From: a virus
Taxonomy: Duplodnaviria; Heunggongvirae; Uroviricota; Caudoviricetes
IMG/VR virus record: IMGVR_UViG_3300032038_000031
Coordinates: 42,370 to 106,369 of that record
Direction: 5' to 3' (one strand)
Length of the DNA: 64,000 nucleotides
A program made the position numbers and the translations under genes. Numbering within the stretch: position 1 is the first letter of the stretch; every line of letters starts with the position of its first letter. Shown here piece after piece: positions 1 through 9,441 of the stretch. The notes beneath the pieces are model-generated. The model saw only the letters and a program-made list of their open reading frames with translations, was not told where the DNA came from and made no database searches.

Positions 1-2175
1 ACAGATAGTGGAATAAAAATTACTAGCGATAATCAAATATCTATAAATCTTGATAATCTTCAACTATTGAAGATCAAGCAATTAACAAATGTAGAGACTG
101 TTGTAGAGGATATTCTTCCTTATTATGAAGAAAATACTTTATATTATGGTGCTTGTCAAGGATTAATAAATAATGACAATTCCCCTATTATAAAATTAGA
201 AACTATTAGAACTAAAAGTTTTTTCATGTTTATAGAAAATACAGAGCGTTTTATTATTTTTTCAAGTGGGAGAATTTGGCGTTCTACTGTTAGGAAAGGT
301 TTCCCTGAGCAAGAAGTTTTTACTTTAATTCAAAACTCAATAGATAATGTATCTAGTTTTTCTTATTTTAATAATTTAAATGAATTTTTACAATTAACTA
401 AAAATGATAAAAAAACTTTTTCATATATATCTATAAAGAATGAAAAAAATATAGAAGATGGAGAATATTTATCTTTACCAATAGGAGAAACAACTAAAAT
501 ATTAATAAATGATTCTGGGGCAATGTATATTTCTCATTATATAAGTAATTTATGGGAAGAACCAAAAAAGATTGATCTTAATGCAGGTATATCCGCTTTA
601 GAAACTCAGCACAAAACAGATGTACAAGCACTAACTGACAAGGCTAATAGCATTGTCGATCAAGCTAACACAGATAGACAGAATTTTAATAACAGTATTG
701 ATGAAATCAACACAACTTTAGATACTAAAGAAAATGTATCTAATAAGGTAAGCGAGATTACATTTCCAAGCTTAAACTATTATCCTGACACAAAAGCAGT
801 TTTTGACTATGTTAATAGTAAGTTAGAAACACCTCTTGCTGCTATTGATAAGTGTGTTACAGATTTAGGCAAAGTGGCAAATATATCTGATAATTTATAT
901 CAATTTAATGATTATGGATTATATGCAGAAAGTGGTGCTGATCCAGACAATGCGACTGAATATTATTGGCATAGTATGCCTATACCTGTGAAAATTGGTG
1001 ATGTGTTGCGAACATCAAAACACGCATCGTGGCTCGCTGCATTTATAACAATGTACGACAGTAATAATAATCTTGTGAGTTTGGCAAAGGGTTCACTAAC
1101 TAACTATTATACAAATAGAGATAATGACGCTTATGATGAAATAACAATTAAAACTTTCACGTACAATGGTATAACATATATTGGTAAAGACTTTGAAGGT
1201 TATATAATTATCAGCTTTTCACAGGGAGATCTCGTCAAAGACCCTACCAAAAATGTAATTGTAAAAAATATAGCTTTTCCCGATAATTATGCAGAGTATG
1301 GGAAAGTTACACTTAATGAATCTATTCCTTTAACAGCTCAACAAAAGAAAGAATTATTACCTATTGAAAATAAGGTAATGGGTGTTAAATCAACTTTTAC
1401 TAAACCATTTGTTTGTATAAATTTTGACGATTTTTCATTTGATGATGATAGATTTAAGATTGTGCATGATGAATATGGTTTTCCAGCAACTGTCAGCATA
1501 ATTCCAAATTTTAATACTACTCAAAAAGATTATACAAATTATATCAAACTACTCGAATCTAATTGGGATGTTGGATTGTACCAATCAGCAGAATGGCCAC
1601 CGGATACTTACGGTGATGAAGCATATTCGGATAGTCCAACTCAAGAGGTTGTGTCTGCGTGGGAATCATATGTCTCAAAAACAGTTGAAAAAGCGAAAAT
1701 GTATGGTATATATCTTCCAATAACATGGTTGTGTCGCCAAATGCGTACATGTGTTGCTTTAGAGGAGGCTTGTAAAAAACATGGCATTAAATATATTCGT
1801 GGTGACGACATGAATAATTGGACAACTAGCTTATACTTCAAGCCATCTTTTAAGATGGCTGTTAAACCATCACAGTTATATCCTGACACAGTTGATACAG
1901 TTTTAGAAAACATTAATACTGCGGTGGAAAATGGATATGGTTGCACAGTATTTTCACACCGTTTATACGGGGATGAAAATACTGCAAAAAAGAATTATGG
2001 CTGTACAGTAGCAAATCTAAGAAAAGTACTTGATAAAATCAAAGATTTATATGATTCTGGCAAAATTGAGGTAATAACATTTTCCGATATGTATAGGAAG
2101 TATTTTCCGGACGAAATGGATAATATTGAAAAAAGAAGAAACGTTCTAGTAGCACTTGAAAGTAAGGTGAACTAA
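1..2175 (+). CDS. tail fibre / receptor-binding protein, 5' end cut by window edge; C-terminal CE4/NodB-like polysaccharide deacetylase domain
   Basis: ORF open from nt 1 in frame (no stop before listed TTG at 67); C-terminal 'INFDDFSFDDDRF...HDEYGFPATVSIIP' resembles NodB/CE4 motif 1 (TFDDG); position in structural module next to chaperone-like ORF. Confidence 0.5.
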   Translation, partial: TDSGIKITSDNQISINLDNLQLLKIKQLTNVETVVEDILPYYEENTLYYGACQGLINNDNSPIIKLETIRTKSFFMFIENTERFIIFSSGRIWRSTVRKGFPEQEVFTLIQNSIDNVSSFSYFNNLNEFLQLTKNDKKTFSYISIKNEKNIEDGEYLSLPIGETTKILINDSGAMYISHYISNLWEEPKKIDLNAGISALETQHKTDVQALTDKANSIVDQANTDRQNFNNSIDEINTTLDTKENVSNKVSEITFPSLNYYPDTKAVFDYVNSKLETPLAAIDKCVTDLGKVANISDNLYQFNDYGLYAESGADPDNATEYYWHSMPIPVKIGDVLRTSKHASWLAAFITMYDSNNNLVSLAKGSLTNYYTNRDNDAYDEITIKTFTYNGITYIGKDFEGYIIISFSQGDLVKDPTKNVIVKNIAFPDNYAEYGKVTLNESIPLTAQQKKELLPIENKVMGVKSTFTKPFVCINFDDFSFDDDRFKIVHDEYGFPATVSIIPNFNTTQKDYTNYIKLLESNWDVGLYQSAEWPPDTYGDEAYSDSPTQEVVSAWESYVSKTVEKAKMYGIYLPITWLCRQMRTCVALEEACKKHGIKYIRGDDMNNWTTSLYFKPSFKMAVKPSQLYPDTVDTVLENINTAVENGYGCTVFSHRLYGDENTAKKNYGCTVANLRKVLDKIKDLYDSGKIEVITFSDMYRKYFPDEMDNIEKRRNVLVALESKVN

Positions 2176-2300
2176 ATGTTTAATCTACACGATTTTGTGA
2201 TTAGAACTTTATCTACTATGAAAAACAGACTTGATGAATACCAAGTAAGAAGCTATGCTTTATCTTGGTATAGTAAGTCTGTTTTAACTGATGAAGATGC
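2150..2300. repeat. direct repeat copy A (~150 bp, ~85-90% identical to 3040..3190) spanning end of fibre gene + start of small ORF
   Basis: 'ga aagt(a/g)aggtgaactaaatgtttaatctacacgattttgtg(a/g)ttagaactttatctactatgaaa...' present twice. Confidence 0.8.
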
Positions 2301-2397
2301 GTTAATTACTAAAATTATTAATAGATTACCTAAATATGAGGGTGATATAGTAACTTTTGAAGATACTTTAGAGGAGATTGCAAATGACTCTTACTAA
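2176..2397 (+). CDS. small protein downstream of tail fibre (tail-fibre assembly/chaperone-like), paralog copy 1
   Basis: ATG overlaps fibre stop (TAAATG); 73 aa; N-terminal 45 aa ~90% identical to 3065..3271 product. Confidence 0.45.
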   Translation: MFNLHDFVIRTLSTMKNRLDEYQVRSYALSWYSKSVLTDEDALITKIINRLPKYEGDIVTFEDTLEEIANDSY

Positions 2398-2643
2398 TTT
2401 TAAGAATAAGCTAAAAGAATTAGCAAACTCTGTTCGCCGCAATAATTTAGTAATAGCAATTATAACTTTGACTTTATAATATAAATAATAACAAGACTAT
2501 AAATAAAGCAGAAATTTAAATTACAAAAAATTTTACTATAGATGTCTTAAATATAAAAATAAAAGATTATATAATAATTGAGAAGATAATATAACATTAT
2601 CAAATCTAGAATCTATAGTTATTTATTAAAAGGAGGTTTTATT

Positions 2644-2886
2644 ATGCAATTAAAAGAAGATAAAGGTTTAAGAATTTTAACTCCAGATAGTGAAGATAAT
2701 GTCATTACAGATATAGAAACTGAAACTATAAGATCAAAAATTGTTTATTTAGGAAAGAATGATTCTATTGATAACTATAAAGAAATAGATAAAAATACTC
2801 CTGTATCTTACAAAGATGATAAGACTACTAATGACGATCTTCTTTCTGATGAACAACTTCAACAGATTGCAGAGTTTTATAGTTAA
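2644..2886 (+). CDS. hypothetical protein
   Basis: strong RBS AAAGGAGG 7 nt upstream of ATG; acidic 80 aa product. Confidence 0.5.
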   Translation: MQLKEDKGLRILTPDSEDNVITDIETETIRSKIVYLGKNDSIDNYKEIDKNTPVSYKDDKTTNDDLLSDEQLQQIAEFYS

Positions 2887-2922
2887 TGGAAATTATTAAT
2901 GATGTAAATGGCTTATTTGAAT

Positions 2923-3064
2923 TTCAAGATCTAGGAGCAAGAACAGAATTAGTGCCGACACTGATTTTGAAGTAACTTATATTGCTGATACTAAAAACTA
3001 CATTGACAACAAGTTTAATGAGTTAGCAGCAGCCATTGTAGAACACGAAAGTGAGGTGAACTAA
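2923..3064 (+). pseudogene. start-less remnant of a tail-fibre gene C-terminus (~47 codons ending ...AAAIVEHESEVN*)
   Basis: frame opens after TGA, no start codon; ends with same '(E/K)(S)(E/K)VN*' + TAAATG junction as 67..2175; part of the duplicated module. Confidence 0.4.
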
Positions 3065-3190
3065 ATGTTTAATCTACACGATTTTGTGGTTAGAACTTTA
3101 TCTACTATGAAAGGTAGATTGGATGAATATCAAGTAAGAAGCTATGCTTTGACTTGGTATAGTAAATCTGTTTTAACTGATGAAGATATG
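3040..3190. repeat. direct repeat copy B of 2150..2300
   Basis: see copy A. Confidence 0.8.
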
Positions 3191-3271
3191 AATACAATTG
3201 ATAGTTGGTATCCAGTTGAAACAGAAGAAAATAAAGATACAGAAACACAAGAGGTAACAAATTATAAATAA
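3065..3271 (+). CDS. tail-fibre chaperone-like small protein, paralog copy 2 (divergent C-terminus)
   Basis: MFNLHDFV(V/I)RTLSTMK...YQVRSYAL(T/S)WYSKSVLTDED shared with copy 1. Confidence 0.45.
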   Translation: MFNLHDFVVRTLSTMKGRLDEYQVRSYALTWYSKSVLTDEDMNTIDSWYPVETEENKDTETQEVTNYK

Positions 3272-3608
3272 AATAGATTTTAATAAACTATTAGCTCAAA
3301 TAAAAGCAGATAAAAAAATAGTAGATCAAGTAAATTCATTAGGCGGACTTCAAGAAAAATATTCTCAAAGTGATAAAATAGGTTATGATTTTAAAGAACT
3401 TTATTTAGGAGATATTCTTTTAAAAAAAGAATATTCTCCTCAAGAAGATAAAAAAGGTACACAAGATAATCCTTTAGTATTTTCAAAAGGTATACCATTA
3501 ATTCCTAATGCTTTTTATTCTTATCAGAATAATAAATATATTTATATTGGAACAGCAAAAATTGCAGATGATTGGGAACAAAATTTATTCGTTCAATTTT
3601 AAAGGAGG
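3258..3608 (+). other. 116-codon open frame with no ATG/GTG/TTG anywhere in frame; lies in -1 frame relative to 3065..3271 and ends just before next gene's RBS
   Basis: translation IDFNKLLAQIKADKKIVDQVNSLGGLQEKYSQSDKIGYDFKELYLGDILLKKEYSPQEDKKGTQDNPLVFSKGIPLIPNAFYSYQNNKYIYIGTAKIADDWEQNLFVQF*; neighbour-like composition. Confidence 0.3.
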
Positions 3609-3617
3609 TTGTTAAAT

Positions 3618-3800
3618 ATGCCTTATATAGTAAAGCAAGATGGTAAATTTGATTATAAATATAAAGAAATTTTTGTTGATAATGCTAATGAAATAACAAA
3701 TATAGATTTATCTTCTTTGTGCCCTGGTAGTGTTGTTTATGATATTGCAACTGGAAATGTATATATTTTAAATTCATCTTTTGAATGGATAAAACAATAG
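3618..3800 (+). CDS. hypothetical protein (60 aa from ATG at 3618)
   Basis: RBS AAAGGAGG at 3601-3608, ATG 3618 (track start 3609 is TTG). Confidence 0.45.
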   Translation: MPYIVKQDGKFDYKYKEIFVDNANEITNIDLSSLCPGSVVYDIATGNVYILNSSFEWIKQ

Positions 3801-3810
3801 GAGGTCTTAT

Positions 3811-4155
3811 ATGGATATAATAACATTAGCTTTAGCTAAAAAAATGATTAATAGCCAAAAAGACGCCTATGTATTTAATTCTGTTGAGGAATTACAAGAT
3901 TTTATAAATAGTTCAAAAGATAGTTTAAAAATTGGGGATAAATTTTATATTACTGATCCTAATTCCCCTGACTATTGGTGGGATGGGACAATATTACAAG
4001 AAGAAAAAGTTAAAATTGATCTAAGCAATTTAGCAACAAAAGAAGAATTAAATACTAAACAAAATATTCTAACTGAAGAAGATAAACAAGAATTAGTGCA
4101 AAAAGTAATTACCGCCTTACCAAAGTATAATGGAGAAACTAGTGATAAGTCATAA
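3811..4155 (+). CDS. hypothetical protein
   Basis: RBS AGGAGGT upstream; 114 aa. Confidence 0.5.
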   Translation: MDIITLALAKKMINSQKDAYVFNSVEELQDFINSSKDSLKIGDKFYITDPNSPDYWWDGTILQEEKVKIDLSNLATKEELNTKQNILTEEDKQELVQKVITALPKYNGETSDKS

Positions 4156-4211
4156 TAGAATTCATAGGTTTAAAAAAAGAAATAGTAATATTATAAGAAT
4201 GAGGTGATTAG

Positions 4212-5756
4212 ATGATAAAAGTAAATATGGAAACTAAAGATGGTGTAATTTTAAATACTAATGGAAAATATTGTGAAGATTATATACAGATAACACCGAC
4301 TAATGCTGATGCAATTTCTGCACAGAATATTAAAGAAGGTGTTACTATATTAGGAGTTGAAGGAGCTTTAGAACCATCAAATATAGATCAACTTATTAGT
4401 GGGGAAATAACAACTTTAAATATTCCTAATAATGTTACAAAAATTAAAGATTATACATTTTATGATTGTCCTAAATTAACTTCTATTACAATTCCTAATA
4501 GTGTTACTAGTATTGGTAATTTCGCATTTAATGGTTGTTCTAATTTAGTATCATTAACTTTACCTTTTTATAATCCTGCTATATTTGGTACTAGTAGATA
4601 TAATAATAGTACTAAGTGTGGTAGTTATTATATTCCTAATAGTTTAGAGTCTATTACTTTAACTAATAGTAAAACTATTGAGAATAATTTATTTCAAGAT
4701 TATAATATGATAAAAAATATCACTCTTAATGATGGTATCACTAGTATTGGAGATTATGCAATTAGAAATTGTACTAGTTTAACATCTATTACAATTCCTA
4801 ATAGTGTAACTAGTATTGGTCCAAGTGCATTTTATGATTGTTTTAGTTTAACATCTATTACTATACCAAATAGTGTTACTAGTATTGGTCCATGGACATT
4901 TTATAATTGTTTTAGGTTAAAATCTATAGAAATTCCTGATAGTGTTACTAGTATTGTAAATGCTGCATTTGCTGGTTGTACTAGTTTAACATCTATTACT
5001 ATTCCTAATAGTGTAACTAATATTAGTGAAGGTGCATTTAGTGGTTGTTCTGGATTAACATCTATTAATATTCCTAATGGTGTTACTAGTATTGAAAATT
5101 ATACATTTGCTGATTGCCGTGGTTTAAAATCTATCACTATTCCTAATAGTGTTACTAGTATTGGTAATAGTGCATTTGATGGTTGTTCTAATTTAACAGA
5201 TGTAACTATACCAAATAGTGTTACTAGTATTGGTAATAGTACATTTGCTGATTGCCGTGGTTTAAAATCTATCACTATTCCTAATAGTGTTACTAGTATT
5301 GGTAATAGTGCATTTGATGGTTGTTCTAGTTTAACAGATGTAACTATTCCTAATAGTGTTACTAGTATTGGTAATAGTGCATTTTATGATTGTTTTAGTT
5401 TAACATCTATTACTATACCAAATAGTGTTACTAGTATTGGTGATTGGGCATTTGCTTATTGTACTGGATTAACATCTATTACTATCCCTGATAGTGTTAC
5501 TAGTATTGATAATAGGGTATTTACTAGTTGTTCTAGTTTAACAGATGTAACTATAGAAAAAGGATTTAATGCTAATAATCTAGATCTTAGTAGTTCTACA
5601 TTATATACTCATGATACCATTCTATCATGGTTAAATGCTTTATATGATAGAACTGGGTTAGATACTTATAAATTCATTATTGGCACTACTAATCTTAATA
5701 AACTAACAGATGAAGAAAAAGCAATCGCAACTAATAAGAACTGGACTTTAGCATAA
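4212..5756 (+). CDS. BspA-type leucine-rich repeat (LRR_5) protein, probable receptor-binding/adhesin component
   Basis: >15 tandem ~23-aa units '[24 protein letters not shown]'; RBS GAGGTGATTAG; followed by rho-independent terminator. Confidence 0.7.
   Translation: MIKVNMETKDGVILNTNGKYCEDYIQITPTNADAISAQNIKEGVTILGVEGALEPSNIDQLISGEITTLNIPNNVTKIKDYTFYDCPKLTSITIPNSVTSIGNFAFNGCSNLVSLTLPFYNPAIFGTSRYNNSTKCGSYYIPNSLESITLTNSKTIENNLFQDYNMIKNITLNDGITSIGDYAIRNCTSLTSITIPNSVTSIGPSAFYDCFSLTSITIPNSVTSIGPWTFYNCFRLKSIEIPDSVTSIVNAAFAGCTSLTSITIPNSVTNISEGAFSGCSGLTSINIPNGVTSIENYTFADCRGLKSITIPNSVTSIGNSAFDGCSNLTDVTIPNSVTSIGNSTFADCRGLKSITIPNSVTSIGNSAFDGCSSLTDVTIPNSVTSIGNSAFYDCFSLTSITIPNSVTSIGDWAFAYCTGLTSITIPDSVTSIDNRVFTSCSSLTDVTIEKGFNANNLDLSSSTLYTHDTILSWLNALYDRTGLDTYKFIIGTTNLNKLTDEEKAIATNKNWTLA
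5113..5388. repeat. two near-identical tandem 138-bp units inside LRR gene
   Basis: 5113-5250 vs 5251-5388 differ at only a few positions (cgtggtttaaaatctatcactattcctaatagtgttactagtattggtaatagtgcatttgatggttgttcta...). Confidence 0.8.
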
Positions 5757-5794
5757 CATAGATAATAACAAATAAAAATATTACATTACTATAA

Positions 5795-5822
5795 AGACCT
5801 TTTTATAAGGTCTTTTTTTATT
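5795..5822 (+). terminator. rho-independent terminator of structural module
   Basis: aaagacctttttataaggtcttttttt hairpin + T-tract. Confidence 0.7.
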
Positions 5823-6000
5823 GTGTTTTTATTTAAAATTTTTTGCATGTACGATATTTTCCATATTCAGATAGAAAAAAATATTCTCCTGACAAATTTT
5901 AAATTTTTGTTAAAAATCAGGACAGGGTAGGAAAAATAGTTTACTTTATTTTTTATATAATAATGTCAGAGATAAACGAAAAGAGAGTGAATAAAATATA

Positions 6001-6159
6001 ATGAGTTATATAAATTCTAATTTTTATCCAAATTATCAATATGGAAATAATCAATTTTTACCAAACAATCAACAGCCTATATATAGTTTGCCTCAACAAA
6101 ATACACCACTTATGGCGATGAAATTATTTATACCACAAATAAAATTTTCCAAAAATTAA
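6001..6159 (+). CDS. possible small N/Q/Y-rich protein (52 aa), not in ORF track
   Basis: ATG...TAA frame MSYINSNFYPNYQYGNNQFLPNNQQPIYSLPQQNTPLMAMKLFIPQIKFSKN; ends at bidirectional terminator; weak RBS. Confidence 0.2.
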   Translation: MSYINSNFYPNYQYGNNQFLPNNQQPIYSLPQQNTPLMAMKLFIPQIKFSKN

Positions 6160-6190
6160 CAGGAGAGTAATACTCTCCTGTTTTTTTTAT
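6158..6190. terminator. bidirectional terminator at convergence of + and - strand blocks
   Basis: caggagagtaatactctcctg perfect hairpin flanked by T-tract (+) and A/T (-). Confidence 0.7.
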
Positions 6191-6723
6191 TCCCAATTAA
6201 TTCCATTATCTTGATTCTGTTCTTCTTGTTTTTTATTCAAAAATCCAATAGCAATACATATAGCATCTGCAATGTCATCATTAACATCAATTTGGAAATG
6301 CTTTTTAACAAAAGAAATATCCGCTGATTTTAAAGCTGTTCTTTTTAGCCCTCTTCCCGTAGAGATTCCACAAGCGGATCTCCATTCACTGGGATATATA
6401 TATTCTATTTTTGCAGTTGGCAATTCATCATGTAACATCATTACCACTGCCCCTTGTAACCACATTAAAACTTTTTGAGTATGTAAGTTTCCTACTCCAG
6501 AACCAAAGTCATTTGGTCTAACTTCTTCTAAAATTATTGTATCTATATCTTTATAATTAATAAGAATCTTTTTTATTTCTTGTGTAATTTTTTTTATTCT
6601 TTTGATAACATCACTTGAAGATGCTGTAAAGCAATAGAAACCATCTAAAATTTTTGTTTCTTTGTTTAAAATAGCACAACCTGTGCTTTTTGTTGACAAG
6701 TCTAAAGCTAAAATTTTTGACAT
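6187..6723 (-). CDS. RuvC-like Holliday junction resolvase (RNase H-fold)
   Basis: true start MSKILALDLSTKSTGCAIL preceded by AAAGGAGGAGAGTC; RuvC-type 'LGIDPG/ALDLS' N-terminal catalytic Asp motif, acidic residues later. Confidence 0.5.
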   Translation of the reverse strand: MSKILALDLSTKSTGCAILNKETKILDGFYCFTASSSDVIKRIKKITQEIKKILINYKDIDTIILEEVRPNDFGSGVGNLHTQKVLMWLQGAVVMMLHDELPTAKIEYIYPSEWRSACGISTGRGLKRTALKSADISFVKKHFQIDVNDDIADAICIAIGFLNKKQEEQNQDNGINWE

Positions 6724-6733
6724 TGACTCTCCT

Positions 6734-6763
6734 CCTTTATTTAAGTATATCAAAAATTTTAAA
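6734..6763 (-). promoter_or_regulatory. sigma70-like promoter TTGACT-17-TATACT for RuvC-like gene
   Basis: minus strand TTGACTttttttaaaatttttgaTATACT upstream of RBS. Confidence 0.5.
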
Positions 6764-6773
6764 AAAAGTCAAG

Positions 6774-6806
6774 AAAAAAAAGACAAGCATTTTACTTGTC
6801 TTTTTA
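6774..6806 (-). terminator. hairpin + U-tract after 6809..7285
   Basis: aaagacaagtaaaatgcttgtcttttttttc on minus strand. Confidence 0.6.
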
Positions 6807-6808
6807 TT

Positions 6809-7285
6809 TTATAATAATGATATTGTACAATTACTTTCTTCATCAGAAAAATCAATTTTCCAACCTTTTTCTTTTGCTTTTTCAACAATTTCATTTGGAA
6901 TTGCGGGAATCCCCTTAGGGATATGAATAGACTTAGAATTATTACCCCAATTATCAATAAGAATATTATTTAATTCTTGAGATAGCTCTTCCGCCAATTG
7001 AGTAACTACTTTTGACCAAAAGAAATAAACAGCTTCATCATTTAAACTATGATCTTTTTTTAGTTTTGTCCCATCCATTAAGTAATCTAAATTTTTAATT
7101 TTTATTTTTTCTTTAGTTGTGAAGTACATTTCGTTTTTATTGTAATTTAATATGTAATTTGTAAAATCCTTTATAGATAAACTATTTGCATGATTAGGGT
7201 TGTTATGAAAATTAAATTCAGGTTTTAATGTTACTGTTCCAATTTCTATATCTTTATTATTTATTTCCTGTAGAACCAAATCCAT
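6809..7285 (-). CDS. hypothetical protein
   Basis: 158 aa ORF, no recognised motif. Confidence 0.45.
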   Translation of the reverse strand: MDLVLQEINNKDIEIGTVTLKPEFNFHNNPNHANSLSIKDFTNYILNYNKNEMYFTTKEKIKIKNLDYLMDGTKLKKDHSLNDEAVYFFWSKVVTQLAEELSQELNNILIDNWGNNSKSIHIPKGIPAIPNEIVEKAKEKGWKIDFSDEESNCTISLL

Positions 7286-7457
7286 TTGAACCTCTTTCTG
7301 TTTCTTCTAAATCATTAACTTCAATAAATTTTCTTATTGGCTGATAAGGAATTAATACTAATTGTGCAATGCGTTCGACGGGTTCTACTATTTGACTTTT
7401 GTTACTGTCATTATATAGTGGAACTTGAATATTCCCTCTATAATCGCTATCAATAAC
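7257..7457 (-). CDS. dut: dUTPase exon 2 (motifs III-V: VIDSDYRG...RIAQLV...RGSNGFGSTG)
   Basis: C-terminal dUTPase motifs only; joins exon 1 to give ...LANCVG|VIDSDYRG matching E. coli GNLVG|LIDSDYQG. Confidence 0.85.
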   Translation of the reverse strand, partial: VIDSDYRGNIQVPLYNDSNKSQIVEPVERIAQLVLIPYQPIRKFIEVNDLEETERGSNGFGSTGNK

Positions 7458-7460
7458 CAT

Positions 7461-7530
7461 TTGTTATCCTAAAAGTTTTTTATCTTTTAGTTCTTATAAT
7501 TTCTTATAAGTTCAGCATATCTTTTCACCT
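7461..7530. repeat. intron 3'-end repeat (similar to 33839..33905)
   Basis: ttatcctaaa(a/g)gttttttatc(t/c)tttagttcttata..aagttcagcatatctttt. Confidence 0.65.
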
Positions 7531-7605
7531 TTATTTAATTGGTGCTGCGGCCTCGTGGGAACCCTATTAAAGGGTTGAGATATTAAAAATCTCTACATTA
7601 TATTC

Positions 7606-8091
7606 TTATATAAAATAGAATTTATATCCATGAGTTTGATTTCTTTTACCATTTAAGACTTTTGATATTGTCCCTTTATTTATTCCAAGAATGGCTCCAG
7701 CTTCAGTAACCGATTTAAAAGCTATTGTTTCTTTTGTTGTAATATTTTCTGCTATAATCGGTTTTTCTTGAGTTTTTAAACCTGTTTTTCTTGCGTGGTT
7801 ATCATTTTCTTTTGCTGTAACCCATTCAAGATTTTCTACTTTATTATTAGTCTTATCTCCATCTTTATGATTTACATAGGGTAAATTTTCGGGATTTGGG
7901 ATAAAGTATAAAGCTACAAGCCTGTGTATTCTAAATGTTTTTTTAATTCCATTTTGACAAAAAGTATAAGTAAGATATCCGCTTTTATTTAAATATGGAG
8001 TTAAAACATTCCCTTTTTTTATATTCTTAATATTCCCTAAATTGGAAATACCATAATTATCAAACTCATTTATTATAATATATTTTTCCAT
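7606..8091 (-). CDS. HNH homing endonuclease (intron-encoded)
   Basis: NHKDGDKTNNKVENLEWVTAKEN HNH motif; C-terminal NUMOD-like DNA-binding tail; RBS AAGGAGGA. Confidence 0.75.
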   Translation of the reverse strand: MEKYIIINEFDNYGISNLGNIKNIKKGNVLTPYLNKSGYLTYTFCQNGIKKTFRIHRLVALYFIPNPENLPYVNHKDGDKTNNKVENLEWVTAKENDNHARKTGLKTQEKPIIAENITTKETIAFKSVTEAGAILGINKGTISKVLNGKRNQTHGYKFYFI

Positions 8092-8213
8092 TTTGTATCC
8101 TCCTTATTATGACTCAACGAGCCTTTAAAGAAATATAATTTTTCAGTTTACCTATGCGTTGCCCCTGACTTATCTTAAATAAGCCTTCGGTTCTGATTAA
8201 CTTGCCTTACGGT

Positions 8214-9074
8214 TTAGTCTTCCAGCTTAATTCCGCAGTTTTTTGTCGGCATTATTTTAATAAACTGACTTTTTTCTAATAATAGATCTTTTAAACATAA
8301 TTCATTATAATGAGTATAAGGTATTCTAATTAAAGGTATGTTGTTATTTTTGCACCATTCATTTTTAATTAAGTCATGGTTATGTGTATATTCATAATCA
8401 AAAACAGAATCTTTATCAAAATGTTGTTCGCCATCATATTCTATAAGATATTCATTATTAATAAAGAAATCAAAAGGTAATTCTTTTTTATCTTTGCAAG
8501 TAGGAAATTTTTGCTCTACTGTATAAGAAATATTGGCTTTATCTAATAATTCAGCTATTTTTACATTTCCTTTTGAAATATTTGAATGTAATCCGCAACT
8601 AAGGCTTCTTCCTTGTCTTAAAGAAGTACCTAAAACATCTTTTTCTGTTCCGCAATCACATCGACAGTGCCAGTATATAACTCCGCCAGCATTTCTTTTA
8701 TCTGTTGGATATAAAACAGTCCATTTTCCAAATTTTTGGTTCGTTATATCTATCATAGTTGTTTTTGAATTATTATTTTCTTTTCCTCTACAATGATTAT
8801 CATACCATATTTTTGTAATCATTCCTCGACTTACATTAAAATGATTAGCCAATTCAGTTGAAGTCATATCATTATAATGTTCTATAATATATAACTTATC
8901 TTCATTTTTAAGTTTATATTGCTTATTTTGTGATACATCATATCCAATTCTTTTTGCATGATTTAGAATGGTAGTCTTGTCACACCCGTAAAATTCACCC
9001 ATTTTCCGAGAACTTTTTAGTTCTTCATATTTTGCAATAAAATCTTCATTAGATCCAAAATCTATTTTTTTCAT
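8214..9074 (-). CDS. intron-encoded endonuclease: HTH + Zn-finger N-region, C-terminal PD-(D/E)xK/Vsr-like 'EYDGEQH' domain
   Basis: GKWTVL..YWHCRCDCG Zn module shared with 40260..40964; 'LIEYDGEQHFD' shared with 20723..21676; RBS AAAAAGGAG. Confidence 0.5.
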   Translation of the reverse strand: MKKIDFGSNEDFIAKYEELKSSRKMGEFYGCDKTTILNHAKRIGYDVSQNKQYKLKNEDKLYIIEHYNDMTSTELANHFNVSRGMITKIWYDNHCRGKENNNSKTTMIDITNQKFGKWTVLYPTDKRNAGGVIYWHCRCDCGTEKDVLGTSLRQGRSLSCGLHSNISKGNVKIAELLDKANISYTVEQKFPTCKDKKELPFDFFINNEYLIEYDGEQHFDKDSVFDYEYTHNHDLIKNEWCKNNNIPLIRIPYTHYNELCLKDLLLEKSQFIKIMPTKNCGIKLED

Positions 9075-9165
9075 AGAAGCACTCCTTTTTTATTTTGATA
9101 TTATATATAAAAATAACTAAAACCAAAATAATCACGATTGCCCAGGAGAAATAAAAATATTATTT

Positions 9166-9429
9166 ACCGACACAATTTGCTAATCTAAGACCTTTTTTTG
9201 TACTTAACCCACTTCTTGGGAACACCGCCCCAAAATATCCTTTAGGAATAACCATTGCAAGATCAGTAGGTATAACTACTGTTTCTTTTGATTTTATTTG
9301 AATGGGTTTCTCTATTGCTGATTTTAAATCATAACCTGCCGCATCTTTACTTCCTCGTGTAGGTTCTGAACCAAAAGGAGATAATTTTTTAAATAGTACA
9401 GAAATACCTTTATTTTTTTTAAAAAACAT
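9166..9429 (-). CDS. dut: dUTPase exon 1 (motifs I-II: AAGYDL, PRSGL)
   Basis: N-terminal dUTPase motifs; ORF terminates 1 codon after splice point. Confidence 0.85.
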
Positions 9430-9441
9430 ATAATACCTCCT

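Larger units (their letters stand above)
7458..9165 (-). mobile_element. group I intron in dut carrying two endonuclease ORFs
   Basis: 5' exon ends U (ggT), intron ends G (..aacaaATG); phase-0; GC-rich stems (ccgaaggc, ctgcgg...ccgcag) in the ~350 nt non-ORF parts; 3' 70 nt repeated in 33839..33905. Confidence 0.75.

Noticed and set aside
1559-1946. Antisense ORFs inside the tail-fibre gene, and similar short opposite-strand ORFs inside larger genes elsewhere (6272..6478, 8533..8796, 10723..10920, 15287..15475, 19506..20071, 23715..23954, 28403..29254, 32945..33160, 38954..39420, 43138..43338, 46309..46527, 55511..56396, 59823..60017, 63461..63853)
   Set aside because: They are fully nested in better-supported genes on the other strand. 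They lack RBS, have low-complexity translations typical of AT-rich antisense frames, and have no homology.
4212-5756. Regular ~69-bp repeats could be mistaken for a CRISPR array
   Set aside because: The repeats are in-frame leucine-rich protein repeats ([12 protein letters not shown]...) inside one long ORF with an RBS. No unique spacers are present.
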